From: a virus
Taxonomy: Duplodnaviria > Caudoviricetes
DNA length: 51,968 bases
IMG/VR virus record: IMGVR_UViG_3300048803_000048
Coordinates: 1-51,968 of that record
Reading direction: 5' to 3' (one strand)
Shown: one piece after another, positions 48,498-51,968 of the stretch
How the letters are laid out: the number at the start of each line of letters is the position of its first letter
How positions within the stretch are numbered: position 1 is the stretch's first letter
Made by a program: the position numbers and the translations under genes
The notes under the pieces: generated by a model
What the model saw: only the letters and a program-made list of their open reading frames with translations
Told to the model about the DNA's origin: nothing
Database searches by the model: none

Positions 48498-48595
48498 CAA
48501 AAGTGATGAACATAAAAAACCTGGTAATCCAGTGCCGTGGGTTTAAAAGATATCTAATCAACCCACACGGTTAGAGCACCTGCATCACTCAATAT

Positions 48596-48678
48596 AGTCC
48601 TTTGGCAGAATGGTCATTGCATCAGTCTTTGAAGCTGACACCCCAACGGGTTTGTAAGTTCGAATCTTACAGGGACTA
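48596..48678 (+). tRNA. tRNA-Gln(TTG) with a long variable arm
   Basis: AGTCCTT/AGGGACT; TCAGT-CT-TTG-AA-GCTGA; variable arm ACCC-CAAC-GGGT; GTTCGAAT. Confidence 0.75.
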
Positions 48679-48726
48679 CTAAATGTTCTTTGAATTGTCG
48701 TATTTATTATTATCTTTGCAAAACAT

Positions 48727-48800
48727 TGACCTTTGGTGTAATTGGTTAACACATCTGATTTTGATTCAGGCGAGTGTAGGTTCGAGTCCTACAAGGTCAA
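48727..48800 (+). tRNA. tRNA-Gln(TTG)
   Basis: TGACCTT/AAGGTCA; loop TT-TTG-AT; GGTTCGAGT; TATCTTTG promoter-like element at 48711-48718. Confidence 0.9.
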
Positions 48801-49275
48801 CTTTTTTACGACAACGACAATGTGTCGGTAATGTTGAATTACAGTTAGGACATAAAATTCGTAAGTTTTCTAAACGATGGTCCGAATTACGACCATTTAT
48901 ATGGTCAAGTATCAGACTCATGTGTTCCCCGTGCCAATTTTCGTCTTGTCCACATTTTTCACAAATTCGTTCTTTTAATCCTTCTTCATACAAACGATTT
49001 TTAATATTACCCACATTTGTATATGTTGACCCCGACACTAATATTTTACTTGTAAGAAATCTTCGAGAATCATTTAATTTACTGTTTGTTCTTGAATATC
49101 TTTCCACATCAGTTTCAAAATGAGAAATATTAATGTTATATAGTTTTACGTATTTTTTTAATATCGGTCTTGAATTGCCTTTAATACCCAACCCCATTTT
49201 TTGTAAAACTTCAGTGTAATTCTTTGAACATTTAACTATGGGTTCGAAATTTTCCTTTAAATATTTTGCTTTCAT
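48766..49275 (-). CDS. HNH endonuclease whose 3' end is antisense to tRNA-Gln
   Basis: CEKCG...LILDHING...DHRLENLRILCPNC. Confidence 0.9.
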   Translation of the reverse strand: MKAKYLKENFEPIVKCSKNYTEVLQKMGLGIKGNSRPILKKYVKLYNINISHFETDVERYSRTNSKLNDSRRFLTSKILVSGSTYTNVGNIKNRLYEEGLKERICEKCGQDENWHGEHMSLILDHINGRNSDHRLENLRILCPNCNSTLPTHCRCRKKVDLVGLEPTLA

Positions 49276-49342
49276 AATTTATTTTTTTAACTTCGTGAAT
49301 TATTTAAATAAATACGGTTAAAATTTTAAAAAGACAATTAAT

Positions 49343-49371
49343 TGTAACATTTTGTATTTATTTACGTATAA
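49343..49371 (+). promoter_or_regulatory. TGTAACATTTT-N8-TTACGTATAA motif, copy 3
   Basis: Same half-sites, 11 nt before the ATG at 49383. Confidence 0.7.
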
Positions 49372-49382
49372 TCACATGAATT

Positions 49383-49592
49383 ATGGAAAAAGCAGATGAA
49401 AACGGATTTATAAAGATTGACCCGAAGACCGATATTTATTGGGTCGTCAATCCCGAAGTAACAGATAAAATAGAAAAGGGCGAACCAGTTATAAAACTCA
49501 CATGGGGTTTTGATTGGTATGATAATCAGATTCTTATGACCAAGAGCATGGCAATAATGCTCAGAGATAGTTTAAATGAAATACTTAAATAA
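49383..49592 (+). CDS. Hypothetical protein
   Basis: 69-aa ORF. Confidence 0.6.
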   Translation: MEKADENGFIKIDPKTDIYWVVNPEVTDKIEKGEPVIKLTWGFDWYDNQILMTKSMAIMLRDSLNEILK

Positions 49593-49594
49593 TT

Positions 49595-50041
49595 ATGGGA
49601 TACAACTTATTCTTAGACGATGTTCGGATGCCGAAGGATACCTTCGACTACATGAAACTTCCAATTTATATTTCAGTCGATTGGTCCATCGTCAGGAATT
49701 ACTATGCCTTTGTACAGATAATTGAAGGTAAAGGTATTCCGGATATTATTAGTTTCGACCACGACCTTGCTGATGAACATTATGACCCAAAAATTGTTGG
49801 TACTGAATCGTATGAACAAATCTACGACATGTTTGACGAAAAGACCGGATACCATTGTGCCAAGTGGCTTATTGACTATTGTATTGACAACAATAAAAAA
49901 CTTCCTGCAGATATTTTGATTCATTCAATGAATCCTGCAGGAAGTATGAACATTAAGTCATTATTCGAAACCTATTTTAAGGTTTATAATATAGACCAAT
50001 CGGGAGATATTTTTATCTTATCTACAAATAAGCGTATTTAA
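49595..50041 (+). CDS. Cyclic-phosphate-processing receiver-like domain protein
   Basis: LFLDD.R.P...ISFDHDL...TGY..AKWL...IHSMNP.G. Confidence 0.75.
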   Translation: MGYNLFLDDVRMPKDTFDYMKLPIYISVDWSIVRNYYAFVQIIEGKGIPDIISFDHDLADEHYDPKIVGTESYEQIYDMFDEKTGYHCAKWLIDYCIDNNKKLPADILIHSMNPAGSMNIKSLFETYFKVYNIDQSGDIFILSTNKRI

Positions 50042-51258
50042 AGTTTAATACCAAGCACTAATATGTCATCAGTTTGGTCGTTAGTGCCTTTCCATCTTAA
50101 TAATCTTTGTTCGAGTAATTGACACTGATATTCCAATCCAAGATGCTGAAAAGAATTTAATAACGTGAAGAAATTATCTTTTAATAACTTTTTATTTTCT
50201 TTCCCGCCAAATTGGTCAACATAACCATCACTATACATGTAAATCACATCATCAGTTTCATATTTAATTTCTTGTGTAGGGAATATTTTTTCAATTCTAT
50301 AATCTACACCGCCAACTAAATATGGATTACCTTTATATGTGGTAATCTTTTTCTCGCCCTTCATCAAATATAATAATGACCTCTGGCATCCACAGTAATA
50401 TATTTTCTTTTCGGTTTTATTAATTGATATCAATGCTAAATCAATTCCATCTTGATATCCATCACCGGATGACTGATTTAATACTTTACAAATATGCGCA
50501 TCAAGCCTGGTTAATATGTCTGTAGGATTATTGGTACAAGTTTCATCTGCCAAAATCTCATTTAAGAAATTACTGCCAAGCATTGCTAATAGCGCACCAG
50601 ACACACCATGTCCCGTACAATCAGCAACAACAACAATAATATTGCCATTTTTTTCGGCAAACCAATAAAAATCACCACTAACAATATCTTTGGGTTTATA
50701 AAATACAAATGCTTCACTAAAATTTTTTAATAAGAAATCAATTTTTGGGAGTGTTAGTGCTTGTATTCTTGCCGCAAATATAATGCTTTGGGTTATGGTC
50801 TTCTTTTCTTCTTCAATTATCTTATATGACCTTTCTAATTCTTTGTTCACATTTTCCAAATTAGCCACTTCATCCCTATACAGATTTTTTAAATACGCAT
50901 TTTCAATTGAAAACGGTAAAAAAGATAAATGGTCATTATTGACATAATCATCAAATCCTTCTTTAAGTATCTCAATAGCAAATTCATCATTAATTGTACC
51001 TGAAAGCAGAATACACAAAATGTCTGGATATGTGCTTTTTGCAAGCCTAAATGCTTCCAAAGAATTAAATCCTTCAGGTAAAACATGACTACATATCATC
51101 ACATCAATCTTATTGTTTTCTAATATAGAAATGAAGGATTTTCTATCGCTTGCAATTAATATATCTGTGGTATATTCGTTGTTTTTCAATAAATTAGAAA
51201 TCAACTCTGCTTGGATTTCAGAGTTATCCAATAGAAGTATTTTAGCAGAATCTTTCAT
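50038..51258 (-). CDS. Receiver domain plus SpoIIE/PP2C (RsbU-like) serine phosphatase
   Basis: N-terminal REC fold; PKDIVSGDFYW, VADCTGHGVSGA, YSDGYVDQFGG, QTDDILVLG. Confidence 0.9.
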   Translation of the reverse strand: MKDSAKILLLDNSEIQAELISNLLKNNEYTTDILIASDRKSFISILENNKIDVMICSHVLPEGFNSLEAFRLAKSTYPDILCILLSGTINDEFAIEILKEGFDDYVNNDHLSFLPFSIENAYLKNLYRDEVANLENVNKELERSYKIIEEEKKTITQSIIFAARIQALTLPKIDFLLKNFSEAFVFYKPKDIVSGDFYWFAEKNGNIIVVVADCTGHGVSGALLAMLGSNFLNEILADETCTNNPTDILTRLDAHICKVLNQSSGDGYQDGIDLALISINKTEKKIYYCGCQRSLLYLMKGEKKITTYKGNPYLVGGVDYRIEKIFPTQEIKYETDDVIYMYSDGYVDQFGGKENKKLLKDNFFTLLNSFQHLGLEYQCQLLEQRLLRWKGTNDQTDDILVLGIKL

Positions 51259-51263
51259 GCATT

Positions 51264-51905
51264 TTATTTTTTGCCGTTTCCGTTTAAAACATTAAGAACT
51301 TTACCTTCTTGCTTATCTAAAGCATCAAGAACCTTTTTTTCTTGTACTTCCAAAGCATCAAGAACCTTACCTTCTTGCACAGCCAAAACGCCAAAAACAA
51401 TACCTTCTTGTTTTCCTAAAGCATGAAGAACTTTATCTTCTTGATTTCTAACCGCATCGAGAACCTTACCCTCTTGTACTCCCAATGCGCCAAGAACTTT
51501 GCCTTCTTGTACAGTCAAAACACCAAGAACTTTATCTTCTTGTGCCTCTAATGCCGCAAGAACTTTATCTTCTTGTGTATGAACTCTTGCAAGAATTCTA
51601 CCTTCTTGTTCTTTTAAAGCATCTCTTACTTTGCCTTCTTGAAGTCTTAAAGCATCTTGTACCTTAGTTTCTTGATATTTTAATGCATCAAAAGTATGTT
51701 CTTCACGAGTGTTTAATTCATTAATAATTTTATTAACAAGAACATTGTAATTATCTCTCAACAAATTCGATATAAATGCTTCTTTTATATTATCTTGGCG
51801 ACTGAACATATTTTTTATAAAAGCCACATCAAACGCATTCAATGACATTTTTTCATTCCATTGAATATCATCATAATTTTGAGTACCACCAGTTATTTCT
51901 TCCAT
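51264..51905 (-). CDS. Coiled-coil protein with twelve 11-residue repeats
   Basis: Repeat consensus QEGKVLxAL; coupled upstream of the phosphatase gene. Confidence 0.75.
   Translation of the reverse strand: MEEITGGTQNYDDIQWNEKMSLNAFDVAFIKNMFSRQDNIKEAFISNLLRDNYNVLVNKIINELNTREEHTFDALKYQETKVQDALRLQEGKVRDALKEQEGRILARVHTQEDKVLAALEAQEDKVLGVLTVQEGKVLGALGVQEGKVLDAVRNQEDKVLHALGKQEGIVFGVLAVQEGKVLDALEVQEKKVLDALDKQEGKVLNVLNGNGKK
51279..51674 (-). repeat. 33-nt tandem repeat x12 (hendecad)
   Basis: QETKVQDALRL ... QEGKVLNVLNG. Confidence 0.9.
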
Positions 51906-51968
51906 TTTTATTTTTTTATTTTATCCAATTTATTTACTATAATATGACCCCTATATTTGCTCGTATCC

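Noticed and set aside
47080-48678. Calling the two long-arm tRNAs Ser(GGA) and Ser(TGA)
   Set aside because: With 5-bp stems and 7-nt loops the central triplets are TGG and TTG, not GGA and TGA.
48683-49123. 146-aa + strand ORF
   Set aside because: It overlaps tRNA-Gln and is antisense to a clear HNH gene.
51279-51674. 33-nt periodic repeats as a CRISPR array
   Set aside because: They are degenerate in-frame coding repeats with no spacers. The same applies to 36485-36632 and 20944-21099.
1-51968. Alternative genetic code (TAG recoding as in Lak or some crAss-like phages)
   Set aside because: Core genes are full length in code 11, TAG terminates genes such as the terminase, and no suppressor tRNA is seen.

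Overview
The window is an AT-rich segment of a large T4-like (jumbo) myophage, read in the standard genetic code. The host is probably Bacteroidota, judged from TTG-N19-21-TAnnTTTG promoters and a lipobox lipoprotein. It holds the virion module (tail sheath 5' end, neck gp13/gp14-like, tail terminator, major capsid, scaffold, prohead protease, portal, terminase, baseplate and lysin proteins) and nucleotide metabolism genes (MazG-like, dUTPase, ThyA). It also has a C5 DNA methyltransferase, a UvrD helicase, a nucleotidyltransferase, a KamA-family radical SAM enzyme, a REC-PP2C phosphatase, a solo TnpB, five homing-type endonucleases and an 8-tRNA array. Main observations: (1) The tRNA array encodes only Pro, His and Gln anticodons. 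It is preceded by a 24-aa leader peptide with nine consecutive Gln/Pro/His codons and a trp-style 1:2/2:3/3:4 attenuator, which suggests a codon-matched sensor that switches on phage tRNAs when those codons stall ribosomes. (2) A GIY-YIG endonuclease is overprinted in the +1 frame inside a DNA methyltransferase whose own frame stays open, with no visible intron or intein. (3) An HNH domain is inserted in frame in ThyA. (4) Two tRNAs (Pro, Gln) have long variable arms. (5) There are candidate new structured ncRNAs. All calls come from reading the sequence by eye; no searches were run.
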